Below are positions 35,458 through 48,367 of a stretch of 64,000 bases of DNA, in pieces. Within the stretch, counting starts at the first letter, position 1; the number at the start of each line of letters is the position of its first letter. Where the stretch lies: NCBI GenBank assembly GCA_014804265.1, contig JAAVAC010000021.1, positions 700 through 64,699 of the forward strand. Direction: 5' to 3'. The notes beneath the pieces were generated by a model that searched no databases, was not told the DNA's origin, and saw only the letters and a list, made by a program, of their open reading frames with translations. Made by a program: the position numbers and the translations under genes. The stretch is from Lachnospiraceae bacterium (GTDB lineage: Bacteria > Bacillota > Clostridia > Lachnospirales > Lachnospiraceae).

Positions 35458-37227
35458 CTATTTTAGCTCATTGGCCGTCATATAGTACTGGTAATATATT
35501 CCTTTTTTGGCAAGAAGAGACTCATGATTCCCCTCTTCTGCTATTCCATCATCCGTCAGCACCAATATCCGGTCAGAGTTTTTAATGCTAGAAAGCCTGT
35601 GGGCAATCGTCAAGGTCGTCCTTCCTTCAGAAAGCGCCGCCAACGATCTGGCTACTTCAAATTCGCTCTCATTGTCCAAAGCGCTGGTTGCTTCATCCAA
35701 AATAATAATGGGAGGATTTTTTAAAAACACCCGGGCAATGCTGATTCGCTGCTTCTGTCCTCCGGAAAGCTTTACTCCACGTTCACCCACATAGGTGTCA
35801 TATCCATCCTTAAGCTCCCGGATAAATCCATCCGCTCCGGCCCTTTTTGCCGCCTCTGCTACTTCTTCTCTGGTAGCCTCCTTCTTTCCATAAGCAATGT
35901 TTTCAAAAACCGTGCCTGAAAATAAATAGACATCCTGTTGTACCATTCCAATACTTTCCCGCAGGCTTTTTAACGTATATTCTTTTATATCATTTCCATC
36001 CAGTGTAATCTTCCCCTCCGTCACATCGTAAAAACGTGGAATCAAATTGCAAAGCGTTGTTTTGCCTCCGCCTGAGGGTCCTACGATTGCTACTTTTTCT
36101 CCTGCCCTTATGGAAAGATTCAGATGTGCAAACACCTGATTATGGTCATCCGGATATTCAAACGTAACATCCTGAAACCGGATATTTCCTTTTGGAGCCT
36201 TCAATTCTCTTGCATCCTTTTCATCAAAAATCTCTATATCCGCATCCATGATTTCCAGAAATCTTGCAATTCCCGTCATCCCCCGCTGAAACTGCTCCGT
36301 AAATTCAATGATTTTCCGTATGGTGGCAATCAGCGTAGTAACATAAAGCATATAGGCTACCAGATCCCCCGGATCTATCAGTCCCTTAACCATGAAAATA
36401 CCTCCTGCCACTAAAACGGCAAGATACATGATTCCGTCAAACAGTCTGGTAGATGTCTGGAAAGCAGCCATATAACGGTAGCCTTCCTTTTTTGTCTTTA
36501 AAAAAATCTGATTATCTTTATCAAATTTTTCCTTTTCTAACTCTTCATTGGCAAATGCCTTTACTACCTTTTGTCCTAAAAGGCTGTCCTCGATTCTGGC
36601 ATTCAGCTCCCCAATCTGTTTTCTCTGTTTTGCAAAAGCCGCTTTCATCCCTTTCCTGAGAGTCAGGCTCACTAAAAGCATAACAGGTACGATAGCAAAG
36701 ATGATAATTGTCAGCAAAAAATTGATTCTTGCCAGAATCAAAAAGCCGATTGCAGTCTTAATGCCTGCAATAAAAAATTCCTCCGGACAATGATGGGAAA
36801 ATTCTGTAACATCAAACAAATCGTTTGTAATCCTCCCCATAATCTGGCCTACTTTTGTATTGTTGTAGTAAGTATTGGACAACTGCTGCAGATGGGCATA
36901 AGCATCCCTTCTCATATCGGTTTCCAGCTTTGCTCCCATTACGTGGCCCATATCCGCCATATAATAATTGGCAATACAGTCCACAATCCGCAGGCCCAAA
37001 TAAACCAGCCCTAAAAGGAGTATGGTCCTGATGGAAAGCGCCGCCATGTTTCTTATTCCTTCATTGGTAATGTATCGCATGATAAGCGGCAGGATCAATT
37101 CGCAAAGAGTTGTAAGCGCCGCACAGAACAAATCCAGAAACAGTGTTTTTTTATATGGTTTGTAATAAGGTAAGAACCTCTTGAATAATTCTTTTGTAGT
37201 ATATTCTTCTTCTGCTTGTTTTTTCAT
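35458..37227 (-). CDS. ABC transporter ATP-binding/permease fusion (MsbA-like exporter)
   Basis: 589 aa. Six-TM N-terminal domain plus NBD (GPSGGGKTT, LSGGQKQRISIAR, IIILDEATSALD). Confidence 0.9.
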   Translation of the reverse strand: MKKQAEEEYTTKELFKRFLPYYKPYKKTLFLDLFCAALTTLCELILPLIMRYITNEGIRNMAALSIRTILLLGLVYLGLRIVDCIANYYMADMGHVMGAKLETDMRRDAYAHLQQLSNTYYNNTKVGQIMGRITNDLFDVTEFSHHCPEEFFIAGIKTAIGFLILARINFLLTIIIFAIVPVMLLVSLTLRKGMKAAFAKQRKQIGELNARIEDSLLGQKVVKAFANEELEKEKFDKDNQIFLKTKKEGYRYMAAFQTSTRLFDGIMYLAVLVAGGIFMVKGLIDPGDLVAYMLYVTTLIATIRKIIEFTEQFQRGMTGIARFLEIMDADIEIFDEKDARELKAPKGNIRFQDVTFEYPDDHNQVFAHLNLSIRAGEKVAIVGPSGGGKTTLCNLIPRFYDVTEGKITLDGNDIKEYTLKSLRESIGMVQQDVYLFSGTVFENIAYGKKEATREEVAEAAKRAGADGFIRELKDGYDTYVGERGVKLSGGQKQRISIARVFLKNPPIIILDEATSALDNESEFEVARSLAALSEGRTTLTIAHRLSSIKNSDRILVLTDDGIAEEGNHESLLAKKGIYYQYYMTANELK

Positions 37228-37372
37228 ATTCCTCTCCTGACCTTTCTCTACAAAGCTGTCTGCTTCTTTTCCCTTCCCAAATCTACATACGATTTATAAA
37301 AGCATGGAAAAGTATATCATAAAATTCTCTGCCGCACAAAAAAAGCGGCAGAGAATGTCATATATCAGGTTG

Positions 37373-38302
37373 CTATTCAAAAAGGATCCTTTCTTCCTCC
37401 TTATCATAATAGTATGCGTGATCCGAAAGAATTTCTTCTCTGGCAACCTCCAATTCGTTGATTTCCTTTACCATCTCCGACATGCCTTCTAAGTCCTTAC
37501 TGTCGTATTCCGGTACCAGAATCACTTCATGGACACTGCTTGGCAGGATATAAAAATCCCTGCCGCATGCAATGGCAAAATTCTTTAGCAAATTGGGATA
37601 TAATATAGAAGCCGCCCCATATAGCTTTTCCTGATTGGACAGTACATACATGGATACTTGCTCCGAGGCCGGCCTTACCATGTCCATTGTCTCCCGGATT
37701 TCCTTCTTTCCCTGCCCGGACAGCTCTTTTTCAAATTGCTCTCCCATGATTTCTTCTATGGACTTTATAAAATAAGGCAGAAGGATAGGGGTGTTTTTGG
37801 ATGCCTGTTCATATAGCTCCTCTTCTGTCACATTCCACAGTTCCATGTGCTCTTTATGAATCAGAATCGTAGCATTGCCGTATTCCTGCCTGAAGACAAT
37901 ACAATAAAATACAATAGCCAGATCCAGATACGGAATATAGGGAACATCCTCTAACAGCTCCCGGTTCCGTTCCTTATGGATTAATTTGTATACTACCCGG
38001 TTTTTCACCTGTTCATAATCCGAAAAAAACTCCGCATCCTCCAAAGGATGATTCTTACAGCTTTTATATATGGTATCAATTTCTTTTATCACGTCTTCTA
38101 TTTCCATTCCCTGAAGAAAACGTTCATAAAAACAGTTTAAATAAATGGTAGGAGCAATCCTTTCTCCATTTTCCCTGATTACCAGGCCTTCCATTTTTAC
38201 ACCGTTGTTTTTTTGTATGGTGCTTATATGGACTTCTGCTTTTTTGCCTAAATAAGCGCTCATTTCCTTTTCTACTTCTTTTGTGAATTCATAAAATCTC
38301 AT
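37373..38302 (-). CDS. conserved hypothetical protein (I recall similar Lachnospiraceae proteins as DUF5688; unverified)
   Basis: Clean 309-aa ORF. The family name is from memory only. Confidence 0.5.
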   Translation of the reverse strand: MRFYEFTKEVEKEMSAYLGKKAEVHISTIQKNNGVKMEGLVIRENGERIAPTIYLNCFYERFLQGMEIEDVIKEIDTIYKSCKNHPLEDAEFFSDYEQVKNRVVYKLIHKERNRELLEDVPYIPYLDLAIVFYCIVFRQEYGNATILIHKEHMELWNVTEEELYEQASKNTPILLPYFIKSIEEIMGEQFEKELSGQGKKEIRETMDMVRPASEQVSMYVLSNQEKLYGAASILYPNLLKNFAIACGRDFYILPSSVHEVILVPEYDSKDLEGMSEMVKEINELEVAREEILSDHAYYYDKEEERILFE

Positions 38303-38383
38303 AAAGGTTCCTCTTTTCTTTTAAACTTTTACCGATTGCTTGTGAAATAGGCGAGAGAGTGCCTTGATCTGGCAAAGTTTTTG

Positions 38384-38421
38384 AAAAAAGAAAAGACAAT
38401 AGAAGCATGTCCTATTGTCTT
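38384..38421 (-). terminator. intrinsic terminator after efp
   Basis: agacaatag (38394-38402) / ctattgtct (38412-38420), followed on minus by tttctttttt. Confidence 0.7.
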
Positions 38422-38455
38422 GCAGCCTTTTTGATATGGAATGCTGTCCGGAGTC

Positions 38456-39013
38456 CTATACTCTTGACAAATATTCTCCGGTTCTGGTATCGATCTTGAT
38501 TACATCGTTCTGCTCTACGAATAATGGAACGTAAACGGTTGCACCAGTCTCCACCACTGCCGGCTTTGTAGCACCTGTAGCCGTATCGCCTTTAAAGCCC
38601 GGTTCCGTTTCTGTAATCTCTAATTCGACAAAAAGAGGCGGTTCAATGGCAAATACACTTCCGTTGTGGGAACATACTTTTACCATTTCATTTTCTTTTA
38701 CGAACTTTAAGGCATCTCCGATCGTCTCCTTATTCAAGGCAATCTGTTCGAAGCTTTCGGTATCCATAAAATTAAATAAGTCGCCATCAGAATATAAATA
38801 TTGCATTTCTTTTCTATCAATACGCGCCTGTGGACATTTTTCTGTGGGTCTGAAGGTTTTTTCCACTACACCGCCGCTTTTGATGTTTTTTAATTTCGTG
38901 CGGACGAATGCAGCACCTTTACCCGGTTTTACATGTTGAAATTCAATGATCTGAAAAATATTGCCATCATATTCGATGGTAATACCATTTCTGAAATCAC
39001 CAGCTGAAATCAT
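38456..39013 (-). CDS. efp: elongation factor P
   Basis: 185 aa. [43 protein letters not shown] is near-canonical EF-P. Confidence 0.95.
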   Translation of the reverse strand: MISAGDFRNGITIEYDGNIFQIIEFQHVKPGKGAAFVRTKLKNIKSGGVVEKTFRPTEKCPQARIDRKEMQYLYSDGDLFNFMDTESFEQIALNKETIGDALKFVKENEMVKVCSHNGSVFAIEPPLFVELEITETEPGFKGDTATGATKPAVVETGATVYVPLFVEQNDVIKIDTRTGEYLSRV

Positions 39014-39083
39014 AATCTATTCCTCCTAAATATTCCTCGTTATAATTCTTTTCTAGTTTATAATAAAAATAAGCATTTTTCAA

Positions 39084-39515
39084 CTATTTTTTTATCAAAT
39101 AGTCGATGGCTTGCAAATATCCTTCCAAACCCATGCCATAAATCTGATGATCACAGGCATCCTTTGTGACAGATTCTTTTCTAAATTCTTCTCTTTTGGT
39201 AATGTCCGAAATGTGGATTTCTACTTTTGGAATGGTGGTTATGCTGGCAAGGGCATCCCGGATAGCATAGCTGTAGTGGGTATATGCACCCGGATTAATC
39301 ACGATTCCTTCGGTTCCGTCAAAATAGGCATCCTGTATCCGGTCAATGATGGCTCCTTCATGATTGCTTTGAAAGACCTCTATCTGACAATGCACCTCTT
39401 CTCCTTTTTTGGCAATCATTTCAAGAAGTCCGTCATAATTTGTGGTGCCATAGATTCCTTTTTCACGAATCCCCAAAAAATTCAAATTGGGGCCATTGAT
39501 GACTAATATGTTCAT
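39084..39515 (-). CDS. aroQ: type II 3-dehydroquinate dehydratase
   Basis: MNILVINGPNLNFLGIRE...SNHEGAIID...INPGAYTHYS pattern. Confidence 0.9.
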   Translation of the reverse strand: MNILVINGPNLNFLGIREKGIYGTTNYDGLLEMIAKKGEEVHCQIEVFQSNHEGAIIDRIQDAYFDGTEGIVINPGAYTHYSYAIRDALASITTIPKVEIHISDITKREEFRKESVTKDACDHQIYGMGLEGYLQAIDYLIKK

Positions 39516-40018
39516 AAAACCTTTTCTCCTATTTCCTTTACGATTTCCTCAAAGTCCTTCCCATCCACATCCACTATGATCTGCGCAGCCTCTTCATAGA
39601 CTGTTGCCCGTTCACCCATCATAGTTCTTATCTTTTCCCGGGGATTATTTCCCTGAAGCAAAGGCCTTGTGCTGTCCTTTTTCAGTCTTTCATATATGGT
39701 ATCCGGCATAGCCCGCAAGTATATGACTCTTCCAAGTTCCTTCAAAAGCCTTCTGTTTTCACTGCGCAGCGCCAGGCCTCCTCCTGCTGCTATGATATAT
39801 TCTCCAGTATCCTTTATCAGTTCCTTTATGCAGGCGGTCTCCATGTCACGGAAATATTCTTCCCCTTTTCTTTCAAACAGCTCCGATATGGTCATATCCG
39901 CTTTCTTTTCTATAATTTTGTCCGTATCCAGAAAAGGCTTTCTAAAAGCATAAGAAAGCCTTTTTCCAATCGTGCTTTTGCCGCATCCCATAAATCCGAT
40001 TAAAATTATGTTACTCAT
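39512..40018 (-). CDS. aroK: shikimate kinase
   Basis: 168 aa. Walker A GFMGCGKSTIGK, small AroK-size protein, within the aro cluster. Confidence 0.85.
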   Translation of the reverse strand: MSNIILIGFMGCGKSTIGKRLSYAFRKPFLDTDKIIEKKADMTISELFERKGEEYFRDMETACIKELIKDTGEYIIAAGGGLALRSENRRLLKELGRVIYLRAMPDTIYERLKKDSTRPLLQGNNPREKIRTMMGERATVYEEAAQIIVDVDGKDFEEIVKEIGEKVL

Positions 40019-40883
40019 GTATCTTCAATTCTTCTTTCATCTTTATTAGTATTTCTTCTGCCGTTTCTTCTAAAATCTTTACCTCATTCCACAGTTCATA
40101 TGCAATGATTCCCTGATATAAAAGCATTTTCAGCCCATTCATGGCTTTGCCCCCGTGAGCCTTTACCATAGACATGAACCTGGTTTCGTATGGATTATAA
40201 ATCAAATCCACCGCTGCCGCTATCCTGTCATAAAATGCTTCCTCTAAAATAACTGCATCCCGGATATTCGGATAAAGTCCCACGCTGGTTGCCTGAATGG
40301 CAAGATATTTTCTTTCCGGCAATTTCCTGTAATCAGACAGCGCCATAGGAATTATCTTATTTTCTTTATAAATTCCATTTACCTCTTTTGCCACTGCCAT
40401 TGCCTTTTCTACAGAACGGTTTAATAGGAATATTTCCTTTGCCTCCTGCTCCATACAAAGCATGGCTACTGCCCTTGCGGCTCCTCCCGCACCAAGCAGG
40501 ATAACCGACTCTCCCTTTATGGTATAGTTTTCCGTTTCCATTGCCCTAAGCAGCCCCGGCATGTCCGTATTATAGCCTTTAAAGCCGTTTTCTGTCCTTA
40601 CGAGAGTATTCACAGCCCCAATATTCTCAGCCAGCTTATCCATTTCCGTTAAATAAGGGATGACTGCACTTTTATAGGGCACTGTTACATTCAGTCCATG
40701 TATATTCAGGGCATAAGCGCCTTCTACCGCTTCCTTGACCCGGTCCTTTTCTACCAAAAAGGGAACATATACCAGATTCCTGTTTTCTGTTTTTGCCAGA
40801 TGATTATGTATGACCGGCGAAAGGGTATGCTCCACCGGATTCCCAATTAATCCACAAGTCCTTGTTTTTCCGTTGATTTTCAT
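40011..40883 (-). CDS. aroE: shikimate dehydrogenase
   Basis: The start at MKINGKTRTCGLIGNPVEHTLSPVIHN is a typical AroE N-terminus. GAGGAARAV NADP site. ATGA overlap with the yqeG stop. Confidence 0.85.
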   Translation of the reverse strand: MKINGKTRTCGLIGNPVEHTLSPVIHNHLAKTENRNLVYVPFLVEKDRVKEAVEGAYALNIHGLNVTVPYKSAVIPYLTEMDKLAENIGAVNTLVRTENGFKGYNTDMPGLLRAMETENYTIKGESVILLGAGGAARAVAMLCMEQEAKEIFLLNRSVEKAMAVAKEVNGIYKENKIIPMALSDYRKLPERKYLAIQATSVGLYPNIRDAVILEEAFYDRIAAAVDLIYNPYETRFMSMVKAHGGKAMNGLKMLLYQGIIAYELWNEVKILEETAEEILIKMKEELKIHE

Positions 40884-41479
40884 TTCCGCCCGCCTTCCCC
40901 CTTTTCCTTTTTGCCAAGGTTCTTTTGATAGAAGTAAAGCACAATCCACTCCAGCCGCCGTTTCAATACAATCTGGATTTCCTCTTTCGGATGGATGGGT
41001 TTTACCAGATAATTGGTAATGCCGGCTCTTTTGGCTCCCCATACGTCCGTAAAAAGCTGATCGCCTACAAATAGAGTAGTTTTTTCATCTGTCCCCATCA
41101 GCTCCATTGCTTTTCGGTAATTTTTTACAGCAGGCTTTCCCGCCTTATAAATATAACTTGTGTGCACCTGCTCTGCGAAAGATCTTACTCTCGGCTCCTT
41201 ATTATTCGACAACAACATGGTCTGTATTCCCAGCTTATGAAGCCGCAAAAACAACGCCCTGCTTCTTTCATCGGCGGGGGCGCCATGAGGCACCAATGTA
41301 TTGTCTATATCAAATATGACTCCCCCGATTCCCTGGCTTTTCAGCTGTTCAAAATCAATCTGGTAAGTGGAGTCTATGTAGTTGTCCGGATAAAATTGTT
41401 TCCATATGCTCATGGTTCTAGTATAAAAAACAGTTGGAGGAATTGCAAGGTATAATTCATTTTTTTCACGGAAATCCAT
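40880..41479 (-). CDS. YqeG-family HAD-IIIA phosphatase
   Basis: GVIFDIDNTLVPH, LLSNN, and GDQLFTDVWGAKRAG motifs. Homologs would favour the internal start MSIWKQF at 41413, but neither start has a strong RBS. Confidence 0.75.
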   Translation of the reverse strand: MDFREKNELYLAIPPTVFYTRTMSIWKQFYPDNYIDSTYQIDFEQLKSQGIGGVIFDIDNTLVPHGAPADERSRALFLRLHKLGIQTMLLSNNKEPRVRSFAEQVHTSYIYKAGKPAVKNYRKAMELMGTDEKTTLFVGDQLFTDVWGAKRAGITNYLVKPIHPKEEIQIVLKRRLEWIVLYFYQKNLGKKEKGEGGRK

Positions 41480-41633
41480 TATCCATCAGAGGCTCTCTCC
41501 GCAGGTACCAGGTACCGGAACGTGCTCCTCACGTAGAATATTTCTACGTCGCCATGCTTTCGCTGTAGAAATAATATCTTTATATTGCTACATCATCATT
41601 TATTTAAATTTCCTCCAGTTTCTTATAGGTAAG

Positions 41634-41678
41634 TAAAAGAATGCCCCTCCTCTTTCACCAGCAAGTAAAGAGAAGGGG
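41634..41678 (-). terminator. intrinsic terminator after nrdR
   Basis: 12-bp stem ccccttctcttt / aaagaggagggg (minus strand), followed by cattctttt. Confidence 0.7.
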
Positions 41679-41684
41679 ATCTGC

Positions 41685-42137
41685 TTATCTGTCAAGAACG
41701 CTTTTTAGTTCATCCATAAAGGTATTGATATCCTTAAATTCACGATAAACAGAAGCAAATCTTACATAAGCAACTGCTTCCAGGTCTTTTAATTTATTCA
41801 TAACCAGCTCGCCGATAACCGTACTGGAAATTTCTTTTTCTTCCATATTAAAGATTTCGGTTTCCACCTCATCTATCAATTGATTGATCTGATTGGCACT
41901 GATAGGACGTTTATGGCAGGCTCTTAATACTCCAGCCTCAATCTTGGAACGGTCGTAGGTTTCCCTGTTATTATCCTTCTTAATAATAATAAGAGGTATG
42001 GTTTCCACCTTTTCATAGGTTGTAAATCTCTTGCTACATTCATCGCAGACCCGACGCCTTCTGATGGAATTGTTTTCTTCAGCTGGTCTTGAGTCGATTA
42101 CCCTCGTATTCTCATGACCACAAAACGGACACTTCAT
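41685..42137 (-). CDS. nrdR: transcriptional repressor NrdR
   Basis: MKCPFCGHENTRVIDSRP zinc ribbon plus an ATP-cone. Confidence 0.95.
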   Translation of the reverse strand: MKCPFCGHENTRVIDSRPAEENNSIRRRRVCDECSKRFTTYEKVETIPLIIIKKDNNRETYDRSKIEAGVLRACHKRPISANQINQLIDEVETEIFNMEEKEISSTVIGELVMNKLKDLEAVAYVRFASVYREFKDINTFMDELKSVLDR

Positions 42138-42285
42138 ATGTGTTCCCCCTTATCCTATTCTTTATGGAAGCAGATACCCTGTATTCGATTCTCAGATATC
42201 AGGAATTCTCACCACAAGTATAAATCCATTATAAGGGATAAAGTGCTTTATGTCAACTATTTAGTGGGAACCATTGTACGAATTT

Positions 42286-42519
42286 TTATATATTCACCAG
42301 AATGATATCCGGTCCAATCTGCTTAATATCCTTAAAAGGAATGACGGTTTCATCACTGCCATTAAAGAAGCCGCAGAAGCAGAAAGCTTGTTTTACTATA
42401 ATTTTACAGATGCAGCCATTGCAAGGATCAAATTCCAGATCTTTCACATGCCCCAGCTTTCTACAGTCCCGTACACTGATTACTTCTTTTTCACACAGTT
42501 CGCTAAAGCGCATAAGCAT
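42286..42519 (-). CDS. YlmC/YmxH family sporulation protein (PRC-barrel)
   Basis: MRFSELCEKEVISVRDCRKLGHVKDLEFD pattern. Confidence 0.8.
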   Translation of the reverse strand: MLMRFSELCEKEVISVRDCRKLGHVKDLEFDPCNGCICKIIVKQAFCFCGFFNGSDETVIPFKDIKQIGPDIILVNI

Positions 42520-42626
42520 AAAACCACCTGACCGCTTTTTCTTATTTTATGCTGATTTTACCTTTTGGTTCCTTTTCATATGGCAAAAGAGCGGCATTTT
42601 ACCGTCAGTATAACTATATCCGGATT

Positions 42627-43166
42627 TCATTCCGAGGCAATTTCATAAAACCGTTCCAGAAAACGTTTCTCCACAACCGCAAATTCTTCCGTAATAAATT
42701 CCGGATTGCTTTTTAATTCCGGTTTCTCGTCAAACAATGCCTCATGCATATAATGAAAGAATTCATGGTATAATAAATCATCATCCACACTTTTTACCTG
42801 CTCTGCCTCTTTCTCAGTTAAAGGTGTCTTTAAATATTTTTCATAGATTGCCCCTTGCAGTCCGGCTTCTATTTCCAGATACCCCGGCAGATGCTTTTTT
42901 ATGGGACGTATAATATCCGCCATATAAGCCTCACTGCCATCATGAAGCAGGCAGGCTAACTGGACTCTTTTGCTCAATCCTCTTGCCTTTGCTTCCTCCA
43001 GACAATGAATACTATGCTGCCCTACCGAATAAAACTCCGGGAACTGTCCGTTTGCCCTTGTCATAAAAGAAAGTGCATGGGCAATATCTTTTATCTGAAT
43101 CTGCTCCTTCTTAGGGGAAAGAGGAGTCAGATGTATCTTACTTCCTGTAGTCAAATAATCTTCCAT
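42627..43166 (-). CDS. HD domain phosphohydrolase
   Basis: H...HD...D metal motif (HSIHCL, LLHDGSEAYMADI). Confidence 0.7.
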   Translation of the reverse strand: MEDYLTTGSKIHLTPLSPKKEQIQIKDIAHALSFMTRANGQFPEFYSVGQHSIHCLEEAKARGLSKRVQLACLLHDGSEAYMADIIRPIKKHLPGYLEIEAGLQGAIYEKYLKTPLTEKEAEQVKSVDDDLLYHEFFHYMHEALFDEKPELKSNPEFITEEFAVVEKRFLERFYEIASE

Positions 43167-43221
43167 GATGATAAAAATGCTCCTTTTTCAATATATTGTC
43201 CCGGCAGATCCTCCATCTGCC

Positions 43222-45733
<2,512 letters not shown>

Positions 45734-45993
45734 ATTCTTTTCCTTCCCGCAGGAAGTCCCATTTTTTGAAAATCCCTGCTCTTATTCATAATTTGTGGAT
45801 GAAAGCATAGATTTTCTGAAATGGTTTAGAATCATAGAATGTTATGTTCAAAATTTAGATGTATGCTTTGTGGATATGGTAGCATATGTTTCATCGTTTT
45901 GCAAGCATGAAATTTACGGAATAAAGTTATCTTGACACAGTACTTTCCTTATATTATTGTATTATATATATGACACAGTTTGGAGGTTTTTTT

Positions 45994-46698
45994 ATGTTAG
46001 AGGTTTCCCATCTTACAAAAAAATTCGGAAAGGTTACAGCCAATTCCGATATCAGCTTTTTCCTTCCCGATAGAAGCATTACTATACTGCTTGGTCCCAA
46101 CGGTGCGGGAAAAAGCACTGCCATAAAATCCATTATCGGCTTCTTGAAATATGAAGGTTCTATTCTGGTCAATCATATTCCCAACAAGAGCTTAGAGGCC
46201 AAACGCCTGATAGGCTATGTACCGGAATTTCCTGCACTCTATCCTAACTTAACGGTTGCAGAACACTTAGAATTCATTGCAAGGGCTTACAAGCTGAAAG
46301 ACTACAAGGAATATGCAGAAGAACTTTTGACCCGTTTTGAGCTGATAGACAAAAAAGCAAAATTCGGTGATGAGCTTTCCAAAGGGATGCAGCAGAAATT
46401 GAGCATTTGCTGTGCCCTGCTCCCAAGACCCCAGGTTCTTTTGTTTGATGAACCGATGGTGGGGCTTGATCCCCATGCCATCAAGGAGCTAAAGCTCCTT
46501 TTTGAAGAACTAAAGGCAAAAGGCGCTTCTTTACTGATCAGCACTCACATGATCGACAGCGTGGATACCTTATGGGATGAAACGCTGATCATGAAAGCCG
46601 GACAGGTGATTGCCCATGTCCGAAAGGATGAGTTGAAACAGACCGGTCAGACTTTAGAAGATATCTTCTTTGAAAAAACAGAAAAGGAGTTGTCCTGA
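45994..46698 (+). CDS. ABC transporter ATP-binding protein
   Basis: Start at MLEVSHLTKKFG after GGAGG. GPNGAGKST, LSKGMQQKLSI, and LLFDEPMVGLD motifs. Confidence 0.9.
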   Translation: MLEVSHLTKKFGKVTANSDISFFLPDRSITILLGPNGAGKSTAIKSIIGFLKYEGSILVNHIPNKSLEAKRLIGYVPEFPALYPNLTVAEHLEFIARAYKLKDYKEYAEELLTRFELIDKKAKFGDELSKGMQQKLSICCALLPRPQVLLFDEPMVGLDPHAIKELKLLFEELKAKGASLLISTHMIDSVDTLWDETLIMKAGQVIAHVRKDELKQTGQTLEDIFFEKTEKELS

Positions 46699-46699
46699 T

Positions 46700-48364
46700 A
46701 TGCGTTTATTCTTTTATTATGTCTCCCATACATTTATCAACTCTATGAAAAAGCTGTTCCGTACCTGGGTAGCTGTCCTCATTGCTTCTATGGTGTTATT
46801 AGGAGTTTTTATAGGACTGGGCAGTGCAGGGATAATTACCTTTTTGGAAAAAAATAATGTGATTGAAGACTCTGATGAGGTCTATGAGGAAGAAAACGAA
46901 GATCTTGAAGAGGCGGAAGCGCCAATGGACCCGGAGGTAAAGCAGATGGTTTTGCAGATTCTCAACCTTGCCATTACAGGGTTTATTTTTCTTGCAATCA
47001 TTTACCATATTTACACTGCTGATAAGGGTGGGACCAATATTTTTTCAATGCCCGACGTAAACTTGCTTTTTCCGGCTCCCAAAAAGCCGCAATCCGTACT
47101 ATTATTTAAAATATTACTGCAAATGGGACTGTTATTGGCAGCCTCCCTGTATCTGCTGTTTCAGCTGCCTAACCTGATCCTCAATTTGGGATTAAGCCTT
47201 TGTTCTGCACTCCTTTTGTTCCTTAGTTATATATTGACTCTGGCGTTTTGCAAATTAGTAACGATTTTTACTTATACCTTAACAGCAACCCACTCTTTTC
47301 TCCGTACCTATACAAAACCATTTGCAATCGGTCTCCTTTTTCTGCCGGTATTGCTTTTTTTCATCGTCCACAGGTTTTCCCATAAGGGACTTTATGAAAC
47401 AGCACTTTTATTGTTTGCTTCCAAAGGTTTTTTTGCCATTCCCATGTTAGGATGGCTTACGGGACTTGCTTCCAGCGCTTTTTCCCAAAATCATAAGATG
47501 GCGCTTTTGTTCTTTTGCCTGATTCTTGCCGGCCTGGCTTTCCTTATTTACCTGATTTGGAATATGAAAGCAGACTTTTACGAGGATGCCCTTACCAGCG
47601 CCTGGGAAAATACGGAAAAACTGGAAGCTGCAAAAAAAGGCATGACAAAGAAAAAGCATCATAAAAAAACAAAAACGATGAAAGACTTTACCGATACTCC
47701 ACTATTTGGGGAAGGCGCAAAAGCTTTCTTGGATAAGATCCTTTATAACAGAAAGCGGTTTGCAAAGCTTGGCATTTTTTCCAATACTGCCCTCTTGTAT
47801 TTGGTTCCCCCTGTTGTAATATCCATTCTGGACGCAAAGATCCATTTCGGTGGGCACAGCCTGACCATCATCGGCTGTATACTGGCTGCTTTCGTTTTTT
47901 TCCGGAACTTTGGAAATCCTCTGGAAACAGAATTTCAAACAAACTATCTGTTCCTTGTGCCGGAAAATCCCTATCGAAAAGTATTTTACTCCCTTCTCGG
48001 CTGCACCTGCGAATGTTTCCTGGATATCCTCTCTGGCATGTTAATTGCCTGGATTGCTTCACAGGATAAGATTTATATGGTATGTTTCTGGGTCTTATTC
48101 ATTGTCTCATTGGATTTTATGGCATCCGCAACCGGTTTTTTTGTAGAAATGACTCTTCCCATTTCCATCAATGAAACCATAAAAGGGATATTCCAGCTAT
48201 TCTTAAAAATACTGGCGCTCCTTCCCTTCCTCATTTCCCTGATTATCTGTGTACTGCTTTCACAGATTGGCATGACCCTGCTTCTTTCCGCTGTTTTGAA
48301 CATTGTCTTTGCTGCTGTCATTACCTGCGCCTCTGCCTCCTTCCTTCACTCCGGAAGGAGTTGA
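46700..48364 (+). CDS. large polytopic ABC-exporter-type permease
   Basis: About 554 aa, many TM segments. ATG lies 1 nt after the ATPase stop. Confidence 0.65.
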   Translation: MRLFFYYVSHTFINSMKKLFRTWVAVLIASMVLLGVFIGLGSAGIITFLEKNNVIEDSDEVYEEENEDLEEAEAPMDPEVKQMVLQILNLAITGFIFLAIIYHIYTADKGGTNIFSMPDVNLLFPAPKKPQSVLLFKILLQMGLLLAASLYLLFQLPNLILNLGLSLCSALLLFLSYILTLAFCKLVTIFTYTLTATHSFLRTYTKPFAIGLLFLPVLLFFIVHRFSHKGLYETALLLFASKGFFAIPMLGWLTGLASSAFSQNHKMALLFFCLILAGLAFLIYLIWNMKADFYEDALTSAWENTEKLEAAKKGMTKKKHHKKTKTMKDFTDTPLFGEGAKAFLDKILYNRKRFAKLGIFSNTALLYLVPPVVISILDAKIHFGGHSLTIIGCILAAFVFFRNFGNPLETEFQTNYLFLVPENPYRKVFYSLLGCTCECFLDILSGMLIAWIASQDKIYMVCFWVLFIVSLDFMASATGFFVEMTLPISINETIKGIFQLFLKILALLPFLISLIICVLLSQIGMTLLLSAVLNIVFAAVITCASASFLHSGRS

Positions 48365-48367
48365 TCC

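Noticed and set aside
41531-41572. Mutually exclusive hairpins in the yqeG leader (acgtagaa/ttctacgt versus atttctac/gtagaaat) might form a riboswitch or attenuator.
   Set aside because: There is no U-tract after either hairpin, no T-box or known aptamer sequence, and the short stems could arise by chance in AT-rich spacer DNA.
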